DNA of 64,000 bases from Chrysomallon squamiferum (lineage: Eukaryota > Animalia > Mollusca): the NCBI GenBank assembly GCA_012295275.1, contig CM022671.1, positions 23,932,001 through 23,996,000 of the forward strand, given 5' to 3'. The notes under the pieces were generated by a model. That model saw only the letters and a program-made list of their open reading frames with translations. It ran no database searches and was not told the origin of the DNA. Shown one piece after another: positions 29,701 through 45,797 of this stretch. Position 1 is the first letter of the stretch, and every line of letters starts with the position of its first letter. Made by a program: the position numbers and the translations under genes.

Positions 29701-32700
29701 CTATCTAATTTTGTGACCATTGAATTCACTGGACAAGGAACCTGAAATCAGATTAAAAATCTATAATAATAATCAAAAAAATCTAAAGTAAATAAAATAC
29801 AAGAAATCAACCCCCAAAACAAATTAAAGAATAAATAAAGAAATGAAATAAAGAAAAGATAACAACAACAAGATGAACATCAAGATCAACATCATTAATA
29901 ATAACAGCAACAACATCAACACAACAACAATAGTAACAATTAATAAAAATGAATGTGTTTTAAATTTTTGAATGTGATAATGATGTTTTTAGCATAAAAT
30001 TTCATTCACCCATGAGTTTATCTCCTCACTTTTTTGATAATTTTTCATTTATGAGTTTAAGAAGCACCAGTATAGAGTAAATACCTGCCAGTCTGAATTG
30101 CTCTCCCAGATCAGATCAATGCCAGGAGTTTTGTATTTTTTACAAGTGTCAGTTGGGTAGTGGCCACAGCCACACTGATCATCACATCCTCTTCTTTGAC
30201 TTGGAAAAGACTTGTGAAACTTGTTACCAAACAGACCGTGGATTGTTGTCTTCACTTTTTCTACTCTGAAAATTAACACATCTGTATTCACCCAGATGTA
30301 TTGATAATAATGATGTTGATGACACTGTTGATAATTTATTATGATGATGGTAATAATATTAAAATAATAATATAATAATAAGGAAAAAAATGCTAATGAT
30401 AGTGATGACAATGATGATGATAACAACAATAATGATGATACTGAGTATGATGTTAACAATTAGGATGGGGACCAGTCATGTTGATGATGCTGATGATTAT
30501 GACAATAATAATGATGATGATAAAACTGATGATAATAATAATCATAATAGTACTCCATCAAATTAATTAGTTCTTACAAAAAAACAATAAATCAAGATAT
30601 TTCACAATGGTTCATGCAACAGTTTGACAGATGGGGATCACAATTAGAATTCAGCCAGAAAAGATAAAACTTAATACCAAGCATAAATCTGCACTGATAA
30701 ATGTGTACAGCAACTGTAAAATGAAATAGCTACAAACTGAGTTAATCTCTTTTGTTAATGCAGACATACGCTTGTTTAAAAGCTTCAAATCCAGCCTGCA
30801 ATGTGGCAATAGACAGCTGGCGAACATCAGAAGCATCCTGGAACTGTTTTGGTGCGTGGTTCTGTAGCAGAGTCAAGTGACCAACTAAACTGTCCACAGC
30901 ATTTTGTACAGCTGTCATCCCATCTTCAACAGAATGACCCTGGAATACATAATCATGAGATAATTTATTTTTATAGACAAAAAATACGAAATGCTGATTC
31001 ACAGAATTCTGAATGGATTAAAATTCTTTCTGGTATGACCAAACATAGACCAAGTAATTATTTATCATATTAAAGTTGACTAACAGTTCAATGTGTAACC
31101 AAGACAAGCCATTCTGTTTAGCATCAGAATATTCCAACAGAAAAACTGATCAAGTCTCTAGACTACATAAATAATTTTATTTTCTCTGGTCTTAATTATA
31201 CATGCTTTTTGACTGGATTGAATCATAATTGCATAGAACATTAGAACATTATTTATTTTACAAGTAATTCTATAGTGTATACTGAAAACATTTTAGTATC
31301 TTGTTTTAATCTGTGTTGCATTTCTTCAGTGTCAGAATATTGTTTATTTCAGATGTAGTTCAAGATTTTAAACCCATGACATTTAGGGATCACATTTCAA
31401 AATTAGCTAAAAAAAAAGAAAAGAGATAAAGTAAAATTTAAATTAAATTTGTAAACATTAGAACATGTTTATTTTATAAATAGTTCTATATTTTAAACTC
31501 ACAACATTTTGAAATCTTGCTTTAAACTGAGCTAAGAAATCTGCATTTCTTCGTTTTCTTGATTTTTGCTGTAACTTGTTATGTGCTGTCTGCAGCATAT
31601 GAATCACACTTCCGATCTCTCTCCCAACAGACATCCAAGATGATTTATCTCCTGAACAAAAAACAACAACAACAAATTATCTTTTTATTTGTAATATAGG
31701 TTCAAATTGTGATCTGACATCACAGGTAACTAAAATCACATAATGACATTGTTAAAACAAAAATAATTTTAGTGATAGCAATAAATTCAGATAATCTTTA
31801 TAACCACATAAATATTATTTTTGTTATCATCAACATCATTATTATTATTATTATTGTTATTTGTTTTGTTGTTGTTGTTACTATTATTAGTGTTATCACT
31901 GTTATTATTATTATTCCATCCAGGAAACAATAAATATATAATTTATAATAAATTATGTGTTACACACTTATAAAAGTATAAATATATTATGTCATTCTAC
32001 CTTTCAGAAGAGATGTTGCTTCATTAATTATAGAATTGGATTTTAATACCCTTGCCATAGCTAGCTGATATCTGAAAAATAAAAACAGTTCATCATTCAT
32101 CACTGAACTAATATTTACTTTTTATTAATATATGCATAATAAAATTGAATTTTATTTTAATTGAAAAAAAAAATGTTCTCCTATTACTTTTGCTCAGTAA
32201 ACAAAATAATTTATCAAAAATATAGCATTAATGCACAGAAAATATAGTGAAAGGTTTGAAAATTATAGCAAAAACTCTGGGATCATTTTTATTATATATT
32301 GCTTGTGTATATCTGAGTGCATATATATGTACATAAGGTATGTATGTTTGTATGTATATATGTGTATGTGTACATATATGTATCTATAAGTTTGTGCATC
32401 TGTGTAAAATGAGGTTACTTCAGCCTTGTTTGCTCCAGTGCTTGAAAAGCCTGTTTTGGAGAATCTGAAATATTATGAATCAGACCCAAAGCTTCACTCG
32501 TGGCATCTCGTATTTCTTTCTCAGCAAAGGGAAGTGCAACCATGGCAGCATCAGAAATTTTCTGAAGTATGAAAGAGAAAAATAAGATTAGAAAAAAAAT
32601 TTTATATTAATAAACAAAAAAGACCTGCTATATGTAGACTTGTAAAATTTGGCATACATGCAGACAAATACATCTCCCACTAATCAAAATAATGAATTCG

Positions 32701-35407
32701 TTTAAGAATGTATAATGTTATTTTACACACATGATAAAAATCCAAGGCTTCGGAATGTACGTCTTCCACTAGTGACTGAGCGCTGTCCACAAACTCTTTA
32801 AACTTTGTCATCCAAGGGAGTCCACTGAACTGGTGGGCAATGTCAGTTAAATGCAGTGCTGCATCTAAAGCATTTTCAGTCAAAGCTGGAATATCCTTCG
32901 TTGCTGTGGCAAACGGTTCAAAGACATCCTTTTGTGATGATGTTTTTAGATCCTGGAACTGGCTGGACATGTGATTTGCTGCATCCACCATAGGTTTCAT
33001 CATCTGGTCAGTCATCTTGTCAAAAGAGCTGGCAATGTCTTTAGCAAGATTGACAGAGAAATCCTGAAAGAACGAAGTGAGACTTATCCATTGTTTGTTT
33101 AGTGAGAGGGTACTAATGAATGTATAATGTTATCTGATGTTTTCACGTTCATTTTGAATTTAGCTTTTAAAATAAATGTAAATAACTTAATAAATAAATA
33201 AATAAAAACAAAAAAAATAATAAATATAAAAAAATGTAAAGTTAAATAAAATAAATAATTAACTAAATAAATATTATATCAGTTCATTAAAATAAAATTA
33301 GGTAAAATAAATAAATAATTAAATATAAATAGGTAATTAAATAAATTTAAATAAATCGGTAAATATAATATAATGCAATAATTTTTTTTTATATAAATAA
33401 CTAAGTAAATAAAAAATAAATAAAAGAAAAATGTAATATAAATAAATAAATAATTAAAATGATAAAAAAGATTATGAATTAAAAAATAAAATAAAATAAA
33501 ACTAACAGTAACAAATGCACTTTTTAAGCCTGTTTTCTGATTTTCTAGAAACCAATAAAATTGTCTGGTATGTGTACAAAAACATTTCATTGAAACAAAT
33601 TAGATTAATATATGCACACAAACATATACCCCCCTGAAAAAAAGGGTGAAAATGAGGTCTACAATACCTTGAATATGTTCAGGTTGTATTCCAGTCTTCC
33701 TTTGTAACAGACTTCAAACAGGAAAACGTCATACAATTTGTTAATAAAACCAACATGAACCTGAGCAAACAACTTATCATCTACGTTGATATCAACAAAA
33801 CCACTTAATGGACCTGCAGAGAGAAGAAATAATGTAATATCATTAAAAACTCCTGTGTAAACAGAACATCTCTGTAATTTTTACAATTGCTCTAACTTTG
33901 TAACATTTCGGCTTAAGTGTATATTCTCCTTTAGCATTAATAGTTAATCAAAGTTATTTACAATTAATGAAATGAATTAAAAAAAAAAAAAAAAGCCAGA
34001 CCATATAAATTTGAAATAATAATAACAAAAACACCCCCCAAAAACCCCAATAACAACAAGAATAACAATAAATAAATAAAAATATAAATAAATAAATATT
34101 TAAATAAACTATAAATAAATAAATAAATAAATAAATAAATATTACATTAAATATTATAATTTCAAAATAGTTTTTAATAAAAAAAACATTTTTAATCTCA
34201 TGTAATTTTAAAACTACATTTTTTTTCTTTCTTTCAACTTTTTTCTTACTTTATTTTAATCATTTTGTTTTTGGATACAAATTGTATGAAAGCAAATACA
34301 AACAATGAATGAAGTATAAAAGGGATATTGTTTTAAAACCAAAATATATGCATGTGTCATGACCAAATTTCAATTTTTGAAATATCTCTTCAATCTAAAC
34401 AACAAACACTTCAAAGACAGATGACAAAATAAACTGAAGTTTTAGACCTAATAAGTGAAATTCAATACAAAATTTTACGATATCAGAAATATATATATAA
34501 AAAAAAAAAAAAAACATTTAACATTATAATCAAAATTTAATACAAAGTGAAATTTTAAAAAAATAAAAATATATTTAAATCTTAATCAGAATTTTGTGTG
34601 AAAACAAAATCTTACGAAACAAAGCTTGAAGATGATTGTCTACTTTCACACCAAAACTAGCTCCTACGTTTTTAGATCCAATATCCTTATTCCAGTTAAG
34701 AGGTGGGATTTGTAATTTAAACTCCAACAGGATTTTGTCCAAAACACCTCGTCTCACTCGCATTACATTTGGATAGTTGTAATTTTGTCTGCAGTATTTT
34801 AAAAACAGATATTTAAAGTTAAACTGTAACTCTATTTGAAATATATAATAAAATTAAAATACACATGACATTTTATCCAGATAAAATTAGTGTATCTTTA
34901 CTCTCTAGAAGTATCTATTAACAAAGATTAAAATATACAATTACCTCCTTTTTTTACTACTTTTAAAAATAAATATTTATTTATGTTAAGCCAATTTTTG
35001 TCATGAATATGAAAAGAAAGGTAAATTTGATTTAATTGATAATTTAAAAATAAACATTTATTTTAATGATAAACATTATCAACATACTGTTGCTTATGAG
35101 TCTGTCAGAAATAAAAATATGATTTAATTAATAAATAAAATAAGAATTTTATTTTTTTAACTGTTCTCATAAAATGATTTACATATCCTTAATGTGAAAT
35201 TCAGGAATTATTATTATTACTTTTTAAAATGTACTGACCCCAGGACAATGTCTCTGTGTGCTGCTGTTAATTCTTTGTTCTTTGGATGTTTCTTATACTG
35301 ATCTATGGCCATCTTGCGAACAGTTGCATCTTGGTCAAAAAGGGCACTCTCAAACAAAGCAAGGGCACTCTGTTCAATGTAATATTGTAAATGTTTTCTA
35401 AATGTAA

Positions 35408-35439
<32 letters not shown>

Positions 35440-35874
35440 CATAATAATAATAAGTGAATAAATATAATGATAATCATGATGATAATAATGATGATGATAT
35501 AACAATCATAATAATAGAACCAGTTCATAAGTTATCAATATTATAGCTGTAGCAATTTATGTTGAAAAAGTTTACCTATTTTCTAAGGTCACTATGAAAT
35601 ACATTAATATCAACAGCAAAAATTTAGAAAATTAATTATTAAAGTATTAAAAGGCAACAGTGACAACAGAGTAATAATAATAATAATAGTGATGATAATA
35701 AAGACAATATGTAACTAATAATAATGTAACATAATACTAATTAACGCTAAACTTGATAATAATAATTATAATAACACCAATAATTAACAACAACAATGAT
35801 GCTGATAATAATAAAAGTAAATAAATAAAATTATTTAACAATAACAGTGATAATAATAATAGTGATAACACTCA

Positions 35875-35932
<58 letters not shown>

Positions 35933-38900
35933 CATCATCATAATAATCATAATAATCAAAACACTGATAATAATAATGGTAAAAATAAGAATAACAACAA
36001 CAGCAACAATAATAATCAAAACAATGATAATAATAATAATAATAATATTAATAATAATAATAATGACAGTAACAATAACAACAATAATAATAACAACAAC
36101 AATAATAACATTAATATTAATATTAATAAGAGAAGAAGTATGATGAGAGACCTCTGTACACGTGTAATGTCTCAGAGCTGAGACAGCTGCACGCTTCCAG
36201 GCGTGGTGTGCTGGGTTGGGGTGGAGGTGAGATCTGATGAGGGGAAGAGATCTTTTCAAACCAGCGTTACCCAGACTGTGTATCAGAGTGGTTCGTCCCA
36301 GAATGTATTCTTCTTCTTCACTGTTGATCTCAATTAGAGGAACTGATCGTTTCATTCTAACTGATACATTCGCTGAAACGATAAATACAGGTTCTTTTAA
36401 TACAAAAAAAACCCTGTACAAATCAGATGTGAAACTTTAAATAGTTATGGATGTCAGTCATTATGAAATTCATTCATTATGACACTTAGTAAACAGTAAT
36501 GGTGAAATGTAGTTAATTTTATTTATTCAGTGTTTTCACATCAAGGAACAAATTTTGTAAAATATTATTATTTTGATGATGTATTTATTTACATGTGTCA
36601 AATGACAAAACCATACTGAATGTTGTATGTTTTTTTTTTTTTTTTTTTTTTTTAACTTTTATAATATTTATTTATTTGTTAAGTAATGAATTTATTTGAT
36701 TTTTTTTCCTTCTACTTTTCTGTCTGAATCTGCAGATAAAAAAAAGATCATTATTTAAATCACAGATTGTAAATAACACATCAAATTTTTTTTATTTAGA
36801 AAAATAAAAAATAAAAAATAAAAATTACAACATATCTTTACAGTAACTACAGTATAATTTTGCAAGATATTAATAATTTTTTAGTTTTTTAAATTTAAAA
36901 AACATATATTTTTTAAAATCTGTGTAAATTTATATCTGCACATTTAACATGTTATAAAATGGATACCTTTTTCATGTTTTTCAATCCAAGTTTCAATCTT
37001 CTCTATCAGACGTTCTGCTTCTCCTGTGTTTTTCTTGGCAATGTTTTTAGCCAGCGATCCCAAAGCAAGACATGCTCTTTTCTGAGTCAGAGTAAGGTTC
37101 AAGGAGCCTACAGAAATAAATAGACGAAAGATTAAATAAAAAATTTACTGGCTGTAACTAACAAAACTAAAAACTAAACAGTCAAATCTGCTTTCAAAAA
37201 TATTTCTCTTCTACCTCAAACATTCAGCACAACTGATTTTATTCATTATTCCTGATACATATGACATTATATTATGTAAATATATCAGATATTTAAAATA
37301 AAAAACTTCCATATCAAAATAAACAGAAATAAATACATAAATAGACAGTAAGAGTAAATTTATTTTTAAATCAAATAATAATTTTATTTTCCAACAGAAT
37401 GAAATTAAATATAAAAACAATTAAACAAAATATGCAGTATTATATAATATTATATTATAGAAAAGTGAATAGTCAAAATGGTTAGTCAAATTTTCTACTG
37501 AAGTTGATATTTACCATGCAACATGCCATTTTCACCTGTACAAAATCTTTCAATCGCTTGAATGAAATTCTGAAATTTGAAAAGTGGAGGTGAGTGAATA
37601 GTCTGTGATTGTTTGTTTTCTTTTGAATTATATGAAGTGAACATAAATTATTTTTAAGTTTTCTTATTGGCTAGTATATTAATGTTTTGTATTTAGCTCT
37701 GAAGTCTCATTATGTGTTTTTTCATACAAAATAAAGTTGCTTATATCATTTTGCTGCATAAAAATACCATGACCATAACAAGAAAAAATATGTTGTGGTG
37801 TAGTATAACATAAAAATAACATTACTACAAAGTAACAGGGTTTAGTTATATAAAAATATTGAAGTCTAACATAAAGATAACATTACTATAGGGTAACAGG
37901 GTTTAGTTATATAAAAATATAAAAATATTGTAGTATAATGTTATTACTACAGAGTATTTGAAAAACACACACACCTCAGTTGGATGCATGATGACAATAC
38001 AGTGTATGAAGACTCTTCTGATTTCATCTTCATCTGGGTCTGGAACATTCAGCACTTCTTTCAGGATGACCTCTTGTGACTTTGGATCACCAAGGTGGGC
38101 AACCAAGTCTATGTACACAAGTCTTTTTTCAAGACATCGGACATTTTGAGAACTGCAGGTCTCGTTCAGTATTGCCCCAACATGGCTGATGTAGTCTGAT
38201 TCATGCATGTTCTGTAGCAGCTTTCTTAGATTGTGAATACATTCAGAGCGATTTGCATCAGCTGAAATAATTAGTCATTTTCTATAATGAAATAAATGCT
38301 TGATCAAATCAGTAATAGGAGTCCAGTGGATACTGAAAGTGTATTTTCTACTTTAGTCATTAAGAAATATTATATTTTTGACCCATAATAAATATGTTAT
38401 GGAAATATGATTAATTAATTTAATCATAATTTTCACACTAGCTTATCAAACAGATGCCTGTTATTCTTGTACAAGTTGTTAATTATTTACATTCACAGAT
38501 TCGAAATAAATATCGACTTGAAAAAGAATTACACTATGATTTTTATTTTATTTTGTTAGAACACCAAATCTGGAAGAATGTAATAAAAGGGATATTTAGA
38601 ACATGTTTCATTAATAGTGAATTAAAAAAAATCTTCACTATAAACAGCATATATGTAAATTTTGGCTTAACAGTTTCTTATAAAATTTAAAACATACTGA
38701 TATCAGAGATGTTGTGAATACACTGTGTGAATTTCTCTATGTCAGATCTAACTTCATGCAGCCGTTTCTTTTCTTTCTTCTGCCAAAGAAACATGAAAAA
38801 AGGATGCAAATGTTAAACAGACAGGAATAAATTAGTTTTAGGAACATATTAAAGATACCTACCTCTCTACCTCCCTCCATCCCTCTCCCCCATCTCTCTC

Positions 38901-41900
38901 TTTCTCGCTCTGTTTATATATTTATATTATTCATTCCTTCAAAAAGTAAAATTATAATGGTAATAACATTAATTAATTTTTATTTATATTCATTGTGATA
39001 AATAATAATTACCTTAAAAGATAAAACATTAAAGCAGTGATAATAATTATAATAATAACAATATCAACAACACCACTAACAACAAAATAAATAAATAAAT
39101 GAAATAAATACAAAACATAAAGTGATAGATTTACAACTATCTTATAGCAGATTGAGTATTTTCTATTACCTGTTCAGTAAGAAGTGTTCCTGGTATTAGA
39201 CCATCAGCCATTTTCAGTTTGTTTCCAATATGCCTAATCATAAACAATACAAGTTACAATAATTTTATTGCTATTAAAGTATTATTATTTTTAATTAATA
39301 AATTATTTGCAAATGTTAATTATTCTAAATCTCAAATTGTTGAAACAAACATTTGAAAATCTCAATAGTATTTATCTTAAGTGAAATGAATTTAACACAT
39401 TTATTATATAAATACACATAAAGAAACAGATACACAGTGGTGTATGTATGTGTGTGTGTGTGCTTGTGTTTGTGTATATATATATATGTTTATATATCTA
39501 GAGAGAGAGAGAGAGAGAGAGAGATAATCCTTTTATGTTACTAAATAAGATATAAAGGTATCAAATAAAAAATAAAACTTCTTAAGACAATATGATAACA
39601 ATTAACTATAATTACCTTTTGCTTTCCAGTTTTACATGAACCTGTGCTGAGGTATGTATGTCAGGGATTTCTTTGACAAAATTAAATAAAAGAAATGGAA
39701 TAAGCAGTATATAATGTGAACCACTGAAAAACCCACACGATCATTTCATATATAAAATTAATCATCATAAAGAAAAATGATTGGTTTAATACAAATTTCT
39801 TTTAAAGTTTTATTTTATATATATTTCATGTTATTCATTTTTTTTTTTTTTTTTTTTTACCAAAGACACATTTTAAAATGAAAATAATTAAGTGGAAAAT
39901 ACTGTATTTGAATTAAAAATAAAAAAAAAAATACAAATAAAAATTTAAAAAAATAAATAATTTAGAAAAAAATAAATAGTAATTAGAAAACATGGTTTTT
40001 TTATTTTTTAAAATTAAATTAATTGCAAGGATGGTTTTCTGGTTACTTTTAAAATTGGATTTGTTGTCATTGGGTTTTATTGTTTGAAAAAAACAAAAAA
40101 ACAAAACAAATCCCATACCTCCAGATGTATCAATATGGTGTATGTATTCTCCAGGCTCTGGTTTTCTAAAATGAGAATTTTTTAAAATAAAAAATTACTG
40201 CACGAGTTAACAGTTATTGTTAGAAAACCCTTCTTTCTATTTTTAATTTCTTTTTGTTTGTTTGCAAATTAAAAACAATTTTTTGTTTAATTAGTTTAAA
40301 ATGTAAAAAATATTTCTTTTAAAGTTTTGTCTCAGACAGTTTCCAAAGGTGTAAAGTTTTAATATACATATATATATCTATATTTGCATGTCTTTGCACA
40401 CATATTTTAAAATTACAGTTTTAGTTATTTGGAATCCATTATTCATAATTTGATAAAAACCAACAACAAAAATAGACAAAAAAAATTAAAAAAAACAACA
40501 AAAGAAACAAAGAAAAAAAAAAAAAAAAAAGAAAAGAAAAACAAATAAAAAATAAATAAACTCGCAACATTTATCATATCAAAACAGCAGAAAAAGATAT
40601 AAAACTATTTCACATTTCTATATTTACAGATACTGGACCAATTATATGGCGTCCTGAAATCTGGAAAGACCAGAAAACTGAAAGTTTTTTCCCTGATGCT
40701 TTTTTCACCAGAAGGAACTACTCTTTCAAGCTGTGTGGCATTCATTCACTCGCTGTATTGTTTATATGTTAAGTCACCACAGTTGTGTATTGTCAATTTT
40801 CTTTATGTTTATAATTTTATAATGTTTATACCTAATTATTTATGTATTTAGATGCCTCGGTACCAGAAAACCAGAAAATCCACAAATCTGGAATGCCTCA
40901 GGCCCCAAGGAGTCCCAATAATTGGTCTGGTACCTATATTACTCTGTTACTGAAAGTAATAAACCATGATCATTACCTTTCTTTGTGGAAATTCTGAGTG
41001 TCTTTAAGAATAACACTGTCATGGACTGTTGCAGCATGGACTGTCCCTCTGTGATCATAATGTAAAACCTGAAAAAAAATAGAGAACAAGACAACATTTA
41101 ACGCTGATTTTAAATCTACGAAAAACAAAACGTATCTACACATATAAATATAAACAGTAGTCCAGTTATGATCCACAGTTATAAACTATCGTAAATCTGC
41201 AAATGTATGTGGTTTTTTTGTTTATATATATTTAATTATTATTTAATATCAAACTTAAATTTTTTTAAAACATTAAAATTACTGAGAAGACATGTTGCCA
41301 TCATACAAAATCAATTAATAAAAACTATCTCGGATATTGGATATCAGAGAAAGGAACTATGTGAAAATGTAAAATCAAGACATAACAATTAAATAATAAT
41401 AATAATGTTAACTATAATTGTTATTGATTAGCAGCAATGGATTTTATTTTAAGTCAACCTTTCCACGGACAGGAAAACAGATCCCATAGCTTCTAATAAT
41501 CGGTAAGTGAGTACTGGTTAAAACAGCAAATATTTCAGTGAGAAAATCAAGAATGACCGATGCTTCTGACCACTAATGCCTTAATCCAATATCGTACCAA
41601 TGACGTGTGTCTCACTTCCGGTTTATAAATTATTAGTATTAGTAAAAGTAATATTTTATATTTTAATTAAAATAATTAAATGGGTATTTTTTCTGGATTT
41701 GTTGCATGTATTTATTGAAAAAGAAAATAAAAAAAATTCCAAGTTCCAAATGTTCAAAAATATTGTCTACTTGTAAAATGTATTTTTGTAATTGTTATGT
41801 TAGTAGTGTAAAAAATCCCCTAATATTACTGCATTGTTTATTCATAGTCTAAAAACTGATAAAGTTTATAATATTTCGGTATTGTTAATTTATTAGTGCA

Positions 41901-43283
41901 AAATCTAACACGTTTGTAATCTTGCACTGTTATATTATGAATGTAAAACCCAAAAGGTTTATATTGCTGGACAGAAAACAATTATATTGTATTATTATTA
42001 ATGATACTGAGATGAAACGGAAGTTCGAATAGTTTTTCAACAGACGACGGCTGACCACGTGATTTTGTAACACACTTTATTGAAATATGTACATATTCTG
42101 AAAGGTGAAAAAAATGACAATTACATATTTTAATATCAGTAAATCTGTCTACACATATCTATATATGCTCTTTGAATTTCCCTTGGAAAGTGATATGAAC
42201 TTTTATTAAGACAAAACATATAAGACCAACCTTTTCATGATGACGATGAGCACTGTCACTGCTGTGGTGATGTCTCTTCAACGTCATCCCAGTTGATGTT
42301 TTCACACCAAAATATTCATGTTTCAGTTCCCCTGAACAGTCACAAACATTACTTTGATATTGTACATAATGTATCGTATATTTTTGTTCTTAATTATCCA
42401 AATGGATATATCCCTAGAATTTTTAACTAAACGATCAGATATATTTTGATGAGATACCAGTTTAAAAAAGAAATTCTTCTTATTAAAAATAATAAGTAAC
42501 AATTACTGAATTAAAAAAACCCACTTAATTTCATGATATGTATAGCAGATTAATACATACAGATAAATGAACTTTAAAGAAAAAGGAGAAATAGTTATGT
42601 TTATAACAAATATCATTACCTAAGTGGTCGTTTTCAGTTGTGTTATACTTCCATTCATTTTCATCAGAAAGCTTTAAAAAAGAAATGTACAGTTTTATAT
42701 CTTTCTTAGATTAATAATATTTTTTAAAAGTTTATTAATAATAAAAAAAAACGCAAAAGAAAATGTGAACTTTGAATAGAAATTAATATAGGATTTCTGA
42801 AACGCAGAAAGGTCATATATAATGCTAATAATATTATAAAGTATATATAAAAAAATAATAAAATAAAAAAAGTTATTCGACAAAATTGTCATGATTAAAA
42901 TATCAAATGAATAAAACATTTATATTTCCTATCAAAGATAATTAATGAAAAAGAGCATATCGTCCAACACACACACACAAATACGTCGTACGTACAAACA
43001 AATACTTATATGTACATAGATGCATATACAGCTACTTACGTAAGAACATACGTAGCTACATACATACAGATAAAATTTTTAATTGTACTTACTTGAACTT
43101 TGACTGAAAACAAACTAGCAAGAGCCTTTTTTATGATCAGAAGTTCTTTCTCGTCCTCGGGATGAAAGTGGACCAAATTAATGGTTCCATCGTCAGAAGT
43201 CTCAAACAAAAAACTACAGAGGAAGCAAATAAATAAATAAACAAATAGATAAGAAAAAGAGAGAAAAAGAAATAACTAAAAAT

Positions 43284-43355
<72 letters not shown>

Positions 43356-45349
43356 AAGAACGAAAGGAAGAAAAAACACTGAAAAATTAAAGATCAATAT
43401 TTATAATAAATATATTTTTAAATTAGTATCTTCAAAATGTTAATTAAATCAATTCAAATAAAATTTTTTTTTAATAATGAAGAATATAATTTATTAATGC
43501 CAAAACCCCAATCCCCCAAACCGCAACAAAAAAACTTATCAAAAAAAATAAAAATAAAAATAAAAAAATAAAAAAATAAAAAATCGATAATGATAGCTAA
43601 TGTAATTTCTAAAAGATTTTATGAATATTTTTTATAAACTGATTTGTAGTTATAAGAAATGTAAAACAGTTAATTTCTGTTCACATCTAGAGGTATAATA
43701 TATCGGTTACTTAAAAATATTTGTTTTCTTAAAGTAAAAAAATATACAAAACAAAAAATAAAAATATTTCGTGAAATGTAAATTTAATTATTATATTTTT
43801 GGATTGTTTCGAAATCCCAGTTTTTGGAACGAAAAAAAAAAAAAAAAAAAAGAAAATGAAAAAATATATATATATATTTACAAGACAAAATACAATTTAT
43901 ATTATTTCTAGGCAATTCTAAGAAGAAAAATTCGTCTGATTATTAATTTACTATTAGACTAGAATTTTAACCTATTATTTTATAGATCGCACACAAAAGA
44001 ACTGAAATTAATTAATCGTTTAATTTTTTCTCTGTAAATTATAACTTTCGGAGCACCTGCATGAAATAATAAAAAGACACTGAAATAAGTAAATATCGAT
44101 AAAGTGCGTTTGTGATCCATTTCCACAAAAGGTACACAAAGTAACGCTACCCTTTTGTCAGCGCAGATAATTTGATTTCGTCTGACAAGAGTTTTCTCCC
44201 TTAGACCATGAATTTGACGTTCTGTTGCATTGTTAAAATAATTATATTTAACCCATGGCCGTAACTAGACTCTTTTTGAAATGAGACGAAAACACTTAAT
44301 CACCGAGCGGAGCTGGGCAAAAAAATTTGGGCGAGGGATTTGGGAGCCAAATTCATTCAACGGATATCGTTTCTAGCGGAATAGAGATTTATATTTTATA
44401 TATTTTAAATAAAATTTTTGTATATATATATATATATATATATACCGTCAATCTATGTATGAGGCATTTGCTTTTTTGCCTCAGTGCAGTTACGGCCATG
44501 AAACACGATTAAAAAAACAACAACAAACAAACAAACAAACAAAAAAAAAAACATGAAAGAAAGAAAGAAAATAAAAATAATTATATTGATAGTTCCAGTT
44601 ACTGTATGACTTATCAGGCAAATGACAAGTTGTTTTGTTGACTATTGTAGGAGAATAACAGGAAAGAGAAACCAATATTAAATAATGCAACTTACACAAT
44701 CCATCTGAGGTGAACTGAACAAAGCTATCTACTTCCAGATAATGCAGTCGATGTCCTTGATCTGTTGTGTTGACTGAATGAATGTGAAACTAGATAAAAA
44801 AAAAAAAAAAAAACAAATATTTCAAAAATGAACGAAAAGATGAGACAAAATTTAAAAAGGAAAAAAGAGAAAGAAATTATGAAAGAAAGAAAAGATGAGT
44901 GACAAAAGACTAATTAGTATTTTATATTTTTAAAAAAGGAGAATCCTTATTATTATTATTATTACTATTATTATTATTTAATATGCTTATTCACTCATTT
45001 TACAAATTCGAAATCAGTGAAGTATTGTTTTTAGAATCTGATTAGAAGTTTTAAAGCCTAAATCTACCTAATAATGTGTGAAAGAAAGAAAAAAAAAGAT
45101 TATAACATTTTAAATACTAAAAAAGTGACTAATTTAATCTTTATTTATTTATTTATTTATTGGTCAGGTTTGAATTAAAACTGCAAAAATGTTTATTTTT
45201 TTCACTGTTTTAATAAAAATCAAAACTAAAACAATCAATAAATAAAGAAGAATTGCATTTAGAGATAGCGCTCGATAGTGGTGGTCTCAGAACGGCATTG
45301 CCTGTATGATATTATAGAAAGAAATATGTTTTGAGATAAAAGCGTGGAC

Positions 45350-45397
<48 letters not shown>

Positions 45398-45763
45398 TAA
45401 TAATAGTAACAACAACAACAACAACAAAAAATTAAACAAATAAAAAATAAAAATAAAAATAAAGAATAACAAAATAAAAAGAGAAATAAAAACAAAAAAT
45501 ATAATAAAACAAACAAGATTGGAAACTCTCTTAGTTCTTCTAGTAATACAGGACCTTGAAGAACACAAAAATTAATTATCAAAAAAAAAAAAAAAAACGA
45601 AAAAACAAACAAAACAAAACAAAAAAATCCCCGTATAACATGGATAAAACAATTACCTTCAAAACAGTGCTAATATTTTTCATCCCAAATATGTTCGACT
45701 CTGCCGAATATGTGTAGTGATGGCTGAAACCATCCTCAAAGAAGTATGCGGTGGATGCAGGCA

Positions 45764-45797
<34 letters not shown>

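Larger units (their letters stand above)
35238..45750 (-). other. Vitellogenin_N / large lipid transfer (MTP/apoB-like) module of the giant protein
   Basis: Motifs in the expected order: HHYTYSAESNI, FLFETSDDGTINLVHFHPEDEKELLIIKKALASLF (compare MTP IKRGLASLFQ), TENDHLG, ACLALGSLAK, TTLIHSLGNAG (compare LKALGNAG) and KRAAVSALR. Confidence 0.8.

Noticed and set aside
41455-42110. Possible DNA transposon remnant (cctttc...gaaagg ends, inverted cttccg/cggaag motifs)
   Set aside because: The inverted matches are too short and no TSD is evident.
44600-44641. Candidate micro-exon to fix the exon 2/3 phase mismatch of the giant gene
   Set aside because: It requires a 54-nt intron and a weak donor, and cannot be supported without transcripts.
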